NCBI GenBank assembly: GCA_965223905.1
Contig: CBDCXV010000009.1
Location: 160,001 to 224,000 of the forward strand
Source: Candidatus Latescibacterota bacterium
Lineage (GTDB): Bacteria > Latescibacterota > UBA2968 > UBA8231
DNA: 64,000 nt
Reading direction: 5' to 3'
A program made the position numbers and the translations under genes. The notes beneath the pieces were generated by a model that saw only the letters and a program-made list of their open reading frames with translations, ran no database searches and had not been told where the DNA came from. Shown here piece after piece: positions 19,377-28,849 of the stretch. Positions within the stretch are counted from its first letter, which is position 1; each line of letters begins with the position of its first letter.

Positions 19377-21788
19377 CTATCCCCCGCCTTCCCCCACGAT
19401 CAGGGGCAGCGTCCGGGAGATTTCCGCCGGCGGGAGACAGCGGCTGTCGTCACAGGCCTGGTACTGCAGCAGCAGCCGCAGCTCTCCTGTGGCTGCTGCT
19501 GCAGTTCCGGCGTCGACCGTCCCCGTAAGCGCGGTTCCGCTGTCGTACACCGACAGGGTTTCTCCTAGGGCTTCGAGAAAGAGCGGCCGCCCCGCGGGGT
19601 AGCCGACCGCGGACAGGCGTACCGGAAGGTCGGAGTTGGCGATCAGCGAGGTCGGTATCAGCCAGTCGTGGGAGGCGGGGTTCGAGTTGACGTGCCAGCC
19701 GCCGGCCAGGCGCAGCACGAGCCGGAACTCAGCGCTGCCGCCGGGTGTCAACCGCAGTTCTTCCGGCGAGGTCTCCAGCGCCAGGATTTCCGGTTGGAGC
19801 GGGGCGCCTGGGCCGACGTCGCCGCGTGCCGGGAGCCCATGACGGGGTGAGCCCGGGCCCCCCGGGTCGCCCGCCAGGTAGTCGGCCGCGGCGGATGCCA
19901 GGTGGGTATGGGCCGCTGGACTGGCCGCCGCGGCTCCCCCGAAGCGGCGGAGGATCCCGGCGGCCAGCTCCCAGTAGGACGAGTCCCCGGTTGCCCGGGC
20001 CAGGTGCAGCAGGGAGATCGCCGCCACGGCGTTCGGCGACGGCAGCGCCGAGTCGGTGCCGATGGTGCTGCGCGCGATCAGGTCGGCTCCCCCCTCCGAA
20101 AAGAAGAAGCCGCCGCTGTCCGGGTCGCGGAAGCGGTCGATCATTTCGTCGCAGATTCCCCGCGCCTCGACCAGCCACTGCTCCTCCCCGGTCGCCCGGT
20201 GGAGCGCCAGCAGGCCTTCGGCGAGGAAGGCGTAATCTTCGAGAAAGGCTCGTTGTTTCGCCGCCTCGTTGCGGTAGACCCTCTTGAGCTCACTCGACTT
20301 CGAGCGCATCCGTTCGAGCACGAAGCGCGCCGCTTTTCCGGCGCGAAGCCCATACCCGGGGTCTTTGAAGGCCGCCGCGGCTTCCGCATAAGCAGCGATC
20401 ATCATGCCGTTCCATGAGGCGATGATCTTGTCGTCGAGGAGCGGGTACTCGCGCTCGTTCCGGGCCTGGCGCAGGGAGGTGCGCAGGGGGTCGGCGCGGG
20501 CGGCCAGTTGGGCCTCGGACCACCCTCTTTCCGCGGCGGTGCGGCCGGCGTCGTTGCCGCGGAACACCACCCCTTCACCTCCTTCCGGCATCGGCGCGAG
20601 CTGGTAGATCTCGAAGAAAAGGCGCTCCTGTTCCGGCCCCAGAAGTTCGCGAATCCCCGCCTCGGTCCAGGTGTAGTATTTCCCCTCGACGGCATCGGTC
20701 TCGGCGTCGAGGGCGGAGTAGAAGGCGCCCTCCGGGGAGGTCATTTCCCTGTCGAGGAAGCGGAATATGTCATCCGCCACGAGGCGCCAGCGTTGGTCCC
20801 CGGTAAGAACGAAGGCGCGGGTGTAGAGGCGGGCGAGCTGCGCCTGGTTGTAGAGCATCTTCTCGAAATGGGGGACGCGCCAGCGCGCGTCGGTGGCGTA
20901 GCGGTGGAAGCCGCCGCCGACCTGATCGTAGATGCCCCCGTCCGCCATCGCCCGCAGCGTGTGGTCGACGACGGAGATGGCGTTTTTGCGGCGCTCCGCC
21001 ACCCAGGGATGCAGCAGGAATTCGAGGTCGATCGCCGGCGGAAACTTTGGGGCGCCGCCGAAGCCCCCATGGGTGCCGTCGTAGCGGTCGAGGATCGCGT
21101 CGGCCGCGGCGAGGACGAGGGTGGTGTCCGGATCCCGGGGAGGAGCCGAGCCCGCGGACAGGTGGCCCCGGATCGCCGCGGCGACCTCGCCCGCGGTTGC
21201 GTCGACCCGTTCCCTGCTGTTGAGCCAGTGGTGGCGGAGGTTGCCCAGCAGGGTCGGAAAGCCGGGGCGGCCGTAGCGGTCCTCCGGCGGGAAGTAAGTG
21301 CCGGCGTAAAAAGGCTCCAGCTCGGGCGTCAGGAACACGGAGTTGGGCCACCCGCCGTGGCGTGTCATCATCTGGGTGGCCGACATGTAGATCCGGTCGA
21401 TGTCGGGGCGCTCCTCGCGGTCGACCTTGACGTTGACGAACCACTGGTTCATCAGGGCGGCGATCTCCGGGTCGGCGAACACCTCCCGCTCCATCACGTG
21501 GCACCAGTAACAGGTGCTGTACCCGACCGAGAGAAAGATCGGCAGGTCCTCCTGCCGCGCCCGCGCGAAGGCCTCCTCCCCCCAGGGATACCAGTCGACC
21601 GGGTTGTGGGCGTGCAGCAGCAGGTAGGGGCTGGTCTCCCCGGCGAGGCGGTTGGAATACGGAAGGTCCGAGGGGTCCGAGGGGTCCGAGGGGGCATTTT
21701 TTGCCGCCGAACTGCCCGGGGTCAGGCAGAGCAGGGTGGATGCCAGGCAGGCTGCGGGGAAAACCCCCGGTAGTCGGAGCAGTCTCAA
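19377..21788 (-). CDS. YyaL/Ssp411 (DUF255) thioredoxin + alpha/alpha-barrel protein with C-terminal DsbD-N-like domain
   Basis: [63 protein letters not shown]; tail GWHVNSN...[12 protein letters not shown]. Start uncertain; TTG at 21788 chosen ahead of a signal-like stretch. Confidence 0.88.
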   Translation of the reverse strand: MRLLRLPGVFPAACLASTLLCLTPGSSAAKNAPSDPSDPSDLPYSNRLAGETSPYLLLHAHNPVDWYPWGEEAFARARQEDLPIFLSVGYSTCYWCHVMEREVFADPEIAALMNQWFVNVKVDREERPDIDRIYMSATQMMTRHGGWPNSVFLTPELEPFYAGTYFPPEDRYGRPGFPTLLGNLRHHWLNSRERVDATAGEVAAAIRGHLSAGSAPPRDPDTTLVLAAADAILDRYDGTHGGFGGAPKFPPAIDLEFLLHPWVAERRKNAISVVDHTLRAMADGGIYDQVGGGFHRYATDARWRVPHFEKMLYNQAQLARLYTRAFVLTGDQRWRLVADDIFRFLDREMTSPEGAFYSALDAETDAVEGKYYTWTEAGIRELLGPEQERLFFEIYQLAPMPEGGEGVVFRGNDAGRTAAERGWSEAQLAARADPLRTSLRQARNEREYPLLDDKIIASWNGMMIAAYAEAAAAFKDPGYGLRAGKAARFVLERMRSKSSELKRVYRNEAAKQRAFLEDYAFLAEGLLALHRATGEEQWLVEARGICDEMIDRFRDPDSGGFFFSEGGADLIARSTIGTDSALPSPNAVAAISLLHLARATGDSSYWELAAGILRRFGGAAAASPAAHTHLASAAADYLAGDPGGPGSPRHGLPARGDVGPGAPLQPEILALETSPEELRLTPGGSAEFRLVLRLAGGWHVNSNPASHDWLIPTSLIANSDLPVRLSAVGYPAGRPLFLEALGETLSVYDSGTALTGTVDAGTAAAATGELRLLLQYQACDDSRCLPPAEISRTLPLIVGEGGG
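21665..21691. repeat. 9-bp tandem repeat x3 encoding Pro-Ser-Asp linker
   Basis: (GGTCCGAGG)x3, giving PSDPSDPSD between the signal region and the thioredoxin domain. Confidence 0.85.
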
Positions 21789-22099
21789 GAAGCGGTTCCG
21801 GTCATGTGGATGAGGCAATCGATGTTTGATCGGTGAAGGTGTTCGATGAGGAGCTGTGCCTGTAGCCGGAATGTGCGCGGCAGTGAGCCTGCTCTCTTTA
21901 AGGGACACAAGCTCGGCAGAAATCATCCGGTTTCATCGGCTCAGAAAAAGATGTTGGTGTCGAACCTGCATGGGGCAGCCGGCCGCGGCAGAGGCCGTAA
22001 AGGCTGCCCCGGCAGCTTGTTCCCGACCTGCCGAGCAGCTAAGATAGCTCCCTTCCCCTCGCAAATCACTTCGCAACTCTACAACCGCAAGGAACATTC

Positions 22100-23731
22100 A
22101 TGGCCATATCCAAGCACGGACTCAGGCATCGACCCACCGTAATGGGAAGGCGGGGCATGGTCTCCTCCGCCAACCCCCTCGGCTCGCTGGCCGGGCTGCG
22201 CATCCTCATGCAGGGCGGCAACGCCGTCGACGCCGCGGTGGCGACCGCGGCCGCCCTGAACGTGGCCGAGCCCTACATGTCGGGGATCGGCGGCGTCGGG
22301 TACATGCACATCTACAGCGCCCGCGACCAGGAGCACAAGGTGCTCGACTACATAGGGCTGACTCCCGCGGCCGCGGACCTTTCCCTGTTCGACGCGGAGA
22401 AAAAGGGGAGCGGGCCGCTGTCCCCCATCGTGCCCGGCGCCTGCGGAGGCTGGCTCGAGGCCCTGCGCAAGTACGGGACCATGGACCCCGAGACGGTGTT
22501 CGCCCCGGCGATCGAGCACGCCGAGCAGGGGATCGCCCTGACGGTCAGCAACAACTTCTTCTTCGAGGCCTGCGAGCCGACCCTGTCGAAGTATCCCTCC
22601 TCGGCTTCCAACTACCTGGTGAATCGCCGCGCCCCACTGCCCGGCGATATACTCGTACAGAAGGATCTCGCCGAGACCTTCCGCGCCGTCTGCCGCTCCG
22701 GACCGGAGGTGTTCTACACAGGGAAACTCGGGGAGATGACGGCCGCCTTCCTCGCCGAGGTCGGCGGGCTGATCACCAGGGAGGACCTCGCCGGCTTCGA
22801 GCCGGTCTGGCTCGACCCGGTCTGCATCGACTACCGCGGCTACAGGATCTGGGCGCCGCCACCCCCCTGCCAGGCGGTGCAGTATCTAGAAACCCTCAAC
22901 ATCATGGAGGGGTACGACGTCGCCGCCATGGGGCACAACACCGCGGAGACCCTCCATACCTTCCTCGAAGCGGTCAAGCTGTCGATAGCCGACCGCGCCG
23001 AGTACGCCGCCATCGGGAATCCACCGACCTCGGGCCTGTTGTCGAAGGAGTTCGCGGCGAAGCGCAGGGAGCTGGTCGGCGACCGGGCGCAGCCGTGCGG
23101 CGGCGACCTCTACACCGCCGAGAAGATGGAGAACGAGGTGGTCGCAGGAGACCCGTACCCCTACGTCCTCAACGAGTGCACGACCCATTTCGACACCGTG
23201 GACGCCGACGGCAACGCCGTCGCCTGTACGCAGAGCCTGGGGAGCGGTTTCGGCTCGGCGATGGTGGTGCCGGGCACCGGGGTGGCGCTCAACAATTTCA
23301 TGAACTGGTTCGACCTCGAGCCGCAAAGCCCGAACGCCATCGGCCCGTTGAAGAAGAACGAGATGTGCATGTCGCCGATTCAGGTCTGGGACGACGGCGG
23401 CCTGCGCCTGCTGATCGGCACCCCGGGAAGCCACGGGATCCTGCAGACGACGCCGCAGATGATCATGAACGTCCTCGACCACGACATGAACCCGCAGGCG
23501 GCGATCGAGGCGCCGCGCGCCAGGACCAGCAGGGGTTTCAAGATCGGCGCCGAGGACCGCATCGGCGCAGAGGTCTTCGCCCGGCTCGAGGAGCGCGGGC
23601 ACGTGATCGAACGTCTCGGAGACTGGACCCCCGGCGTGGGAGGCGGGCAGGGGATCATGATCGACCCCGAAAGCGGTTCCTTCACCGGCGGGGCCGACCC
23701 CAGGCGGGACGGCTATGCGCTAGGGTGGTGA
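22100..23731 (+). CDS. ggt: Gamma-glutamyltransferase family protein, cytoplasmic (YwrD-like)
   Basis: GGNAVDAAVA, SGIGG, VPG, nucleophile TTHFDTVD, GTPGS and GGADPRRDG motifs; no signal peptide. Confidence 0.9.
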   Translation: MAISKHGLRHRPTVMGRRGMVSSANPLGSLAGLRILMQGGNAVDAAVATAAALNVAEPYMSGIGGVGYMHIYSARDQEHKVLDYIGLTPAAADLSLFDAEKKGSGPLSPIVPGACGGWLEALRKYGTMDPETVFAPAIEHAEQGIALTVSNNFFFEACEPTLSKYPSSASNYLVNRRAPLPGDILVQKDLAETFRAVCRSGPEVFYTGKLGEMTAAFLAEVGGLITREDLAGFEPVWLDPVCIDYRGYRIWAPPPPCQAVQYLETLNIMEGYDVAAMGHNTAETLHTFLEAVKLSIADRAEYAAIGNPPTSGLLSKEFAAKRRELVGDRAQPCGGDLYTAEKMENEVVAGDPYPYVLNECTTHFDTVDADGNAVACTQSLGSGFGSAMVVPGTGVALNNFMNWFDLEPQSPNAIGPLKKNEMCMSPIQVWDDGGLRLLIGTPGSHGILQTTPQMIMNVLDHDMNPQAAIEAPRARTSRGFKIGAEDRIGAEVFARLEERGHVIERLGDWTPGVGGGQGIMIDPESGSFTGGADPRRDGYALGW

Positions 23732-24462
23732 GCGGCTCCCCCATCGGCTTCGTTGCCCAGTGCCTCGCAGGCAGCGGCGAACTCGGCGGAGGTACTGGTG
23801 TAGCCGATGACGTGCTCGAAGTTGCGGAACACGATCTTGCGCAGCCATCCGCCCTCCTCGAGGCGGTCGTCCACCGTGTCGGAGTACTCCCCCGAGTGGG
23901 TGCAGTCCCGCAGCATGATCACCCGGTAGTTGTGCTCGACCGCTCCGGCGGTGGTCTGGTAGAGGCATGCCCGCTGGCTGAACCCCACCGCGATCAACGT
24001 CTTGATGTCGCGGCAGCGCAGGTGGTAGTCGGTGTGGGTCTCGTGGAACCCCGACCATTCCCGCTTGGGAAAATCCGGCTCGTGCGCCAGCGGCCGGATC
24101 GAGGGTGAGTAGTCGGGCTTTACGGGGGTCCGGGCCGGGGCCGGCCGCTCTGCGGCCCCGGGAATGCCCCAGCGCGTTCCGTGCAGCTCGCGCTTGATGC
24201 TGCCCGGCTCGTCGACGAGCGAGAAGTCGTTGTGAATGTAGAAGACGTGCATGCCGGCCTTGCGCGCCGCGGCCAGGGCCGGCGCGATCCCCTCCTCCAC
24301 GTGCGGATTCCCGGAGCCGCAGTCGCTGTCGACGACCATGAACGCGGTGCGTTCCACCTCGAGCTCGAGGGTGGCGTAGCGATGCCCTTCCTCCCCGTAC
24401 CGCTGTCCGTTGTAGTTGCCCGCCGGGCCGAACCAGCGCACCGGCAGTTTCAGCAGGGTCAT
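23713..24462 (-). CDS. Isochorismatase-family cysteine hydrolase
   Basis: RTAFMVVD, FPKREWSGFHET, LIAVGFSQRACL and YRVIMLRDCT give the Asp-Lys-Cys triad pattern. Confidence 0.8.
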   Translation of the reverse strand: MTLLKLPVRWFGPAGNYNGQRYGEEGHRYATLELEVERTAFMVVDSDCGSGNPHVEEGIAPALAAARKAGMHVFYIHNDFSLVDEPGSIKRELHGTRWGIPGAAERPAPARTPVKPDYSPSIRPLAHEPDFPKREWSGFHETHTDYHLRCRDIKTLIAVGFSQRACLYQTTAGAVEHNYRVIMLRDCTHSGEYSDTVDDRLEEGGWLRKIVFRNFEHVIGYTSTSAEFAAACEALGNEADGGAAHHPSA

Positions 24463-24469
24463 CGGGCTC

Positions 24470-25816
24470 CTATCCGAACCAGGAGGGTTTCGGTGTCGCC
24501 GGCGGCCAGTAGCCGTCGGGGTCTTCGTCCCACTCGCGGCCGCACATCCGCGAGATGACCACCCACTCCGCGGCGGTGAGGTGGCCGTGGTTGTGGAAAA
24601 GGAAGCGCTTCAGTCCGGCGGTTTCCGAGGCGGTGAGTATGCGCTGCAGGTCGCCTGCCGTCATCGGGTCGCCGGAGTGCGGCATGCGCCCGGTGTCGAC
24701 CCAGGGCATGATTTTGGCGGGATCCCCCACCGCAGCGATGGCGCGCCGCGTTTCCCGCTGCACCACTTCGTCGAAGAAAGCCTGGGGAAATCCGAGCTCC
24801 AGGTCGGCGAGGCGCTCCACCTCGGGCAGCTCGATCCCCATCCAGGCGCGCAGGACGGTCCAGCAGTCGTCCTCCGTCAGGCCCGGGTTCCATTCGGCGA
24901 TCTGTTTCACCCAGCGCGCGATCGTCCCGTACATGCCGTCGAAGCCGCGATGCCAGAAGTAGTGCTTCACCAGCAGGATATCGACGATCTCGTCCCAGGC
25001 GTGGAAGTCGAGGGCGGTCATTCCCGAGAACATCGCCGAGCGCGGACCGTTTCCGAGCAGCAGCTTGCGCGGCATTCCGTCGAGCTCGCCGCGGAACGCC
25101 CGTCCCTCGCGAAGGCCGTCATCGCGGCGCCAGCGCAGCCAGTAGAGGGGGTCCTCGTCGATGTCGAACAGGTTCATCGCCGACAGGACCCCGCCCTCGG
25201 CGTAGTAGCGGACCTGGGACGGGGTGAAGCTGTGGAAACGCCGGTGCAGGTGCTCGCGGCCCCGCTCCAGGCGTCCGGCATCGTAGCCGCGTGCCTCTGC
25301 CGCCTCCTTCTGCGACTCGTTCAGCTCGCGAAACACGGCGTTGCCGTGGTGGTAGACGAGCTCGTACGCCGATTCCGTCCAGCCGTCCATGATGCCGCCG
25401 TCCGCTTCGGGAAAGGCAGCGAACACATCCTCCCATAGCCCGGCCTGCAGCTGTGTGCGGTAGGGATCCTCGGCCAGCGGCAGGGCGGTCGCCTCCGCGG
25501 TCCCGAAGCCGGGGCAGAAGATCATCAGGCTCCAGCCGCGGCGCTTGGCGTCTTCCAGCATCGCGTGCAGGAGGCGTTCCTTGGCCGGGTTGCAGGGGAC
25601 GTCGCGACGCGCGACCTCGAGGCCGCGCGCGCGGTACGGGTCGAGGCTGCTCTCGAAGGCCGGGACCGTGAAGTTCCCGTCGTCGGCGGCGAACAGCAGG
25701 CGCCCGAAGACCATGCCGCGGATGCCGCCGGCCTCCCAGGCGTCGAAAATGCGCTCGTAGTCGTCCATCACCACTTCCAGCGGCTGGCCGATCCGGATCC
25801 ATGGTATCAGTGCCAT
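24470..25816 (-). CDS. Hypothetical protein, 448 aa, probable TIM-barrel enzyme
   Basis: Long ORF with host-like codon usage, GGGAG RBS, 7 bp upstream of the isochorismatase gene; no family recognised. Confidence 0.75.
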   Translation of the reverse strand: MALIPWIRIGQPLEVVMDDYERIFDAWEAGGIRGMVFGRLLFAADDGNFTVPAFESSLDPYRARGLEVARRDVPCNPAKERLLHAMLEDAKRRGWSLMIFCPGFGTAEATALPLAEDPYRTQLQAGLWEDVFAAFPEADGGIMDGWTESAYELVYHHGNAVFRELNESQKEAAEARGYDAGRLERGREHLHRRFHSFTPSQVRYYAEGGVLSAMNLFDIDEDPLYWLRWRRDDGLREGRAFRGELDGMPRKLLLGNGPRSAMFSGMTALDFHAWDEIVDILLVKHYFWHRGFDGMYGTIARWVKQIAEWNPGLTEDDCWTVLRAWMGIELPEVERLADLELGFPQAFFDEVVQRETRRAIAAVGDPAKIMPWVDTGRMPHSGDPMTAGDLQRILTASETAGLKRFLFHNHGHLTAAEWVVISRMCGREWDEDPDGYWPPATPKPSWFG

Positions 25817-25856
25817 AACGGCTGCTCCCGTTGTCTCAAGTTCCGACAGGCCAAAG

Positions 25857-25887
25857 AAAAAAGCCGCTCCATCTGGAGAAGCGGCTT
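25857..25887 (-). terminator. Intrinsic terminator
   Basis: AAGCCGCT...AGCGGCTT stem followed by a T-run on the minus strand, just after the 25910 stop. Confidence 0.65.
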
Positions 25888-25909
25888 CCTGTGCCAGAGC
25901 CCGGCGGGG

Positions 25910-26707
25910 TCAGTTGCCCGGCTCTCCGGCTGTCTTGTATTCCAACTCGTTCCAGATCTCTTCATCATCCGCGATGGGGGGATCGTCGACCTCCTCGTTG
26001 CCGATATCGGTGGTATCGGTCGCGTCCCCCGCGCCGTGCCAGCCGTGGCGAATCCGTTTCAGTTCCAGCCGTTGCTCGACCGTCAGCAGGGCCTCGAAGG
26101 CCTTGCGGTGTTCCTCCAGCAGGCCGACGGCGTCGACGAGACCGGATGCCTCCCCGGCGGCGTAGCGGGCGCGCTGCCGCTGCAGGAGGTCGAGCCAGCG
26201 GCGCTGCTGCTCCTCCGTGAGCTCGAGGGCGTCGACGAGGTGACCCGGCTTCAGCCTGCCGGGGGGAGCGGCGAGCATGCGCTCCTCGATGAACTCGCGG
26301 CCCCGCGCCAAAAACAGGCGCTGATCCTCCGACAGAATCCGGTCCCGCTCCGCGGTGTGTGCGCGCAGGGCACGGCGTACTCGCTCCCGGCCCTCTCCTG
26401 GCGTCAGCATCCCTTCCTCGACCTGCCGTCTCACGGACTTCACTTCCCGCTCCAGGGCAGCCCGCAGGTCCCGCAGGCTGGTTTCCTGGCTCTCCGTCAG
26501 GTTGAGCGCGTTCCGCACCCGCTGGCGGAAGCGCTCCGGGTCGAATCCCTCCCCGCCATCCTCTCCAGGTTGCGGACGGGCGGGCCCGGAACCGGCCAGC
26601 AGCAGTGCGATCAGTACGAGTGTCATTATCCGGAGCCTGGATCGCCACGAACCAGCAGGCGGCCTTTTCCGCCCCGAGTCGGGCGGTCCCGCCGCCGGAC
26701 GGTTCAT
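25910..26707 (-). CDS. Spy/CpxP-like periplasmic helical protein (LTxxQ motifs)
   Basis: 3' part of track ORF 25910..28546; signal-like MTLVLIALLLAGSG; LNLTESQ, ILSEDQ, LELTEEQ and LLTVEQ motifs; acidic tail. Alternative start at 26626. Confidence 0.7.
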   Translation of the reverse strand: MNRPAAGPPDSGRKRPPAGSWRSRLRIMTLVLIALLLAGSGPARPQPGEDGGEGFDPERFRQRVRNALNLTESQETSLRDLRAALEREVKSVRRQVEEGMLTPGEGRERVRRALRAHTAERDRILSEDQRLFLARGREFIEERMLAAPPGRLKPGHLVDALELTEEQQRRWLDLLQRQRARYAAGEASGLVDAVGLLEEHRKAFEALLTVEQRLELKRIRHGWHGAGDATDTTDIGNEEVDDPPIADDEEIWNELEYKTAGEPGN

Positions 26708-26794
26708 GGCAGTGCCGTCGCTGAATATACGCAGGGAGAGGGGAACTTGAACGAGTTCCGGCGAGCACTGAAATTCTGGCCCCAGGTTTCCCCA

Positions 26795-28462
26795 ATGACT
26801 GAACACCTCCCCGCGCTGGCGCGCCTCTGTTTTCGCGTTCCCCCAGAGCGCATGTCCGAGTTCGAGAGCGCCTTCGAGAGCAGGCTGCTGCCGCGACTGC
26901 AGGACCGCGGTCTCACCCCGGCAGCCGATCTCGGCCGCCCCACGGTTCCCGGGGTCTTTCACCGGCTGTTCCCCCTCGAGGAGACAGGGCAGATAACACG
27001 GGTCCGCGGCGATCTCGAGGCGGACGCGGACTGGGCGGCGGCGCTCGATGAAATCGGGGGAGATCTCGGCGCGACGATTTCCTGCACCTTCCACAGCTAT
27101 CGCGCCGCCGGCGTGCAGGGGCGCCGCGTCGATGTCGACGAATCGACCGAGGGCGGCTGGACGACCTACACCACCGCCAACCTCGTTTCCGGCGACCTCG
27201 TCACCTGCATTCTGCGCGACAGCCGGCAGCGGTTCTGGTTTACGACCGCCCACGCCGGCACCACCATGTTCGACGGAAACCAGTGGCACGACTTCGAACC
27301 GGAGACGGGACTGCCTGTCGACCGCTGCTGGGCGCTGTTCGAAGACAGCGAGGGAGGGATCTGGTTCGGTTCTCACCGCAGCGGGGTGACCCGGTTCCAC
27401 GGCGACAGCTGGATGTCGTTCACGCAGGAAGACGGCTTGCCCAGCAACAGCGTGATTTCCGGATACCAGGACGGACAGGGGAGGCTCTGGTTCGGATCGG
27501 ACGTGTCGGAAGCGGGAGAGGGCCTCGCCTGCCTGAAAGGGGATTCCTGGACCCTCATAACCGTCGCCGACGGCCTCGCCGACAATCGCGTCAAGTGGAT
27601 CACCCAGGACCGCGACAACCGCCACTGGATCGGGACAGCCGGAGGGGTTTCGGTCTACGACGGATCGGGGTGGCGGACCTACGACACCGGGGACGGGCTC
27701 CCCGGAAACTGGGTCGAAACGATTCTGCAGGATCGCGAAGGAGACATGTGGGTCGCCACGGACCGCGGCCTCGCCCATTTCGACGGCGTCGAGTGGACGG
27801 GGTACACGGCCCAGGACGGGCTCCCCGGGAGCTGGGTGACCGCGGCCTTCCAGGACAGCCGCGACATTCTCTGGTTCGGGACCTTGAACGCCGGCGTCTG
27901 CTGTTTCGACGGGGAGACCTTCCAGACACTCAATCACGAAGACGGCCTTTCCGGGGATGCCGTCTGGTGGATCTACGAGGACGAGATGGGGGACCTCTGG
28001 TTCGCGACCGACGGCGGGGTGTCGCGCTACCGCCCGCCGGAGCCGGATCCTCCGGCGGTGAAGCTGAATGCGGTTACCGCCGACAGGCGCTACGAGCAGT
28101 TCGACGACCTGGTCCTTCCGGCGTCGGCCGACCTCGTCGCCTTCGAGTTCGACGGGGAGAGCCCGCACACCCGTCACAGCGGCCTGGTGTACCGGCACCG
28201 GCTCGTCGGCTGCGACGACGAATGGCGCACCACGTACCGGCGCCGCGCCGAATACAGCTATATAGAGCCGGGCACCTACAAGTTCCAGGTGCAGGTTGTA
28301 GACCAACTCCTCGACTACTCTCCCATCCTCGAGACCGAGTTCACGGTGCAGGACCTGCAGGGGGACCGCATCGGCGAACTCGAAGAAAGCGTGGCCGAGC
28401 TGTCGCGCCGGCTCGAGGAGGCGAACCGCCGGCTGCGGGACGCCGGTCTTCCCCAGGCATAA
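26795..28462 (+). CDS. Two-component-regulator propeller (Reg_prop / Y_Y_Y) protein without kinase domain
   Basis: 3' part of track ORF 25565..28462; repeated DGLxxNxV...DxxGxxWxGT blades; YRHRLVG...PGTYKFQV Y_Y_Y domain; short coiled coil then stop. Confidence 0.82.
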   Translation: MTEHLPALARLCFRVPPERMSEFESAFESRLLPRLQDRGLTPAADLGRPTVPGVFHRLFPLEETGQITRVRGDLEADADWAAALDEIGGDLGATISCTFHSYRAAGVQGRRVDVDESTEGGWTTYTTANLVSGDLVTCILRDSRQRFWFTTAHAGTTMFDGNQWHDFEPETGLPVDRCWALFEDSEGGIWFGSHRSGVTRFHGDSWMSFTQEDGLPSNSVISGYQDGQGRLWFGSDVSEAGEGLACLKGDSWTLITVADGLADNRVKWITQDRDNRHWIGTAGGVSVYDGSGWRTYDTGDGLPGNWVETILQDREGDMWVATDRGLAHFDGVEWTGYTAQDGLPGSWVTAAFQDSRDILWFGTLNAGVCCFDGETFQTLNHEDGLSGDAVWWIYEDEMGDLWFATDGGVSRYRPPEPDPPAVKLNAVTADRRYEQFDDLVLPASADLVAFEFDGESPHTRHSGLVYRHRLVGCDDEWRTTYRRRAEYSYIEPGTYKFQVQVVDQLLDYSPILETEFTVQDLQGDRIGELEESVAELSRRLEEANRRLRDAGLPQA

Positions 28463-28494
28463 AAAAACCGGGCGCGCCGCTGCGACGCGCCCGG
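28461..28494 (-). terminator. Intrinsic terminator (minus strand)
   Basis: CCGGGCGCG / CGCGCCCGG stem followed on the minus strand by T7. Confidence 0.75.
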
Positions 28495-28562
28495 GATACC
28501 TCGGGAACCGGCGGGTAAGGCCGGTTCCGTCCAGGTGATCGACCACCTGGTGAATCCGAAGG

Positions 28563-28598
28563 TCAGGTGGTCGACCTCCTTATGGGTATACTACTCAC
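28563..28598 (-). CDS. 11-aa small ORF MSSIPIRRSTT
   Basis: GTG start 6 nt after GGAGG within the extended Shine-Dalgarno AGAAAGGAGGTG (28603-28614). Confidence 0.4.
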   Translation of the reverse strand: MSSIPIRRSTT

Positions 28599-28760
28599 AG
28601 ACCACCTCCTTTCTATTCGGCTCCGGGCCTTCGGCGTTTACCGGTGCCTTGAACCCGTGCTCATTCATATCGGCCGGCGCAGCGCTATCGGTTTTGAACA
28701 ACCGGCCATCTGGCGGGATGCCAGAAACGGAAACGGCCCTCGTTTCCGTTGCCTTTGGCA

Positions 28761-28790
28761 AATATAAACAGGGCGGAAAAACAGAGTCAA
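28761..28790 (-). promoter_or_regulatory. sigma70-type promoter
   Basis: TTGACT-N18-TATATT on the minus strand in an AT-rich patch. Confidence 0.55.
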
Positions 28791-28849
28791 CCGCTTTTAC
28801 CGGTCCGGCCCCAGCGCTGCATATCCCATAACTCCAAGTCCTGCAATCG

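Larger units (their letters stand above)
28461..28753 (-). ncRNA. Candidate structured small transcript
   Basis: Lies between a sigma70-like promoter and a terminator; hairpins at 28726-28750, 28709-28725, 28689-28704, 28539-28574 and 28504-28528. Confidence 0.5.

Noticed and set aside
28601-28615. ACCACCTCCTTTCTA resembling the 16S rRNA 3' end
   Set aside because: No other rRNA sequence around it; better read as a minus-strand Shine-Dalgarno.
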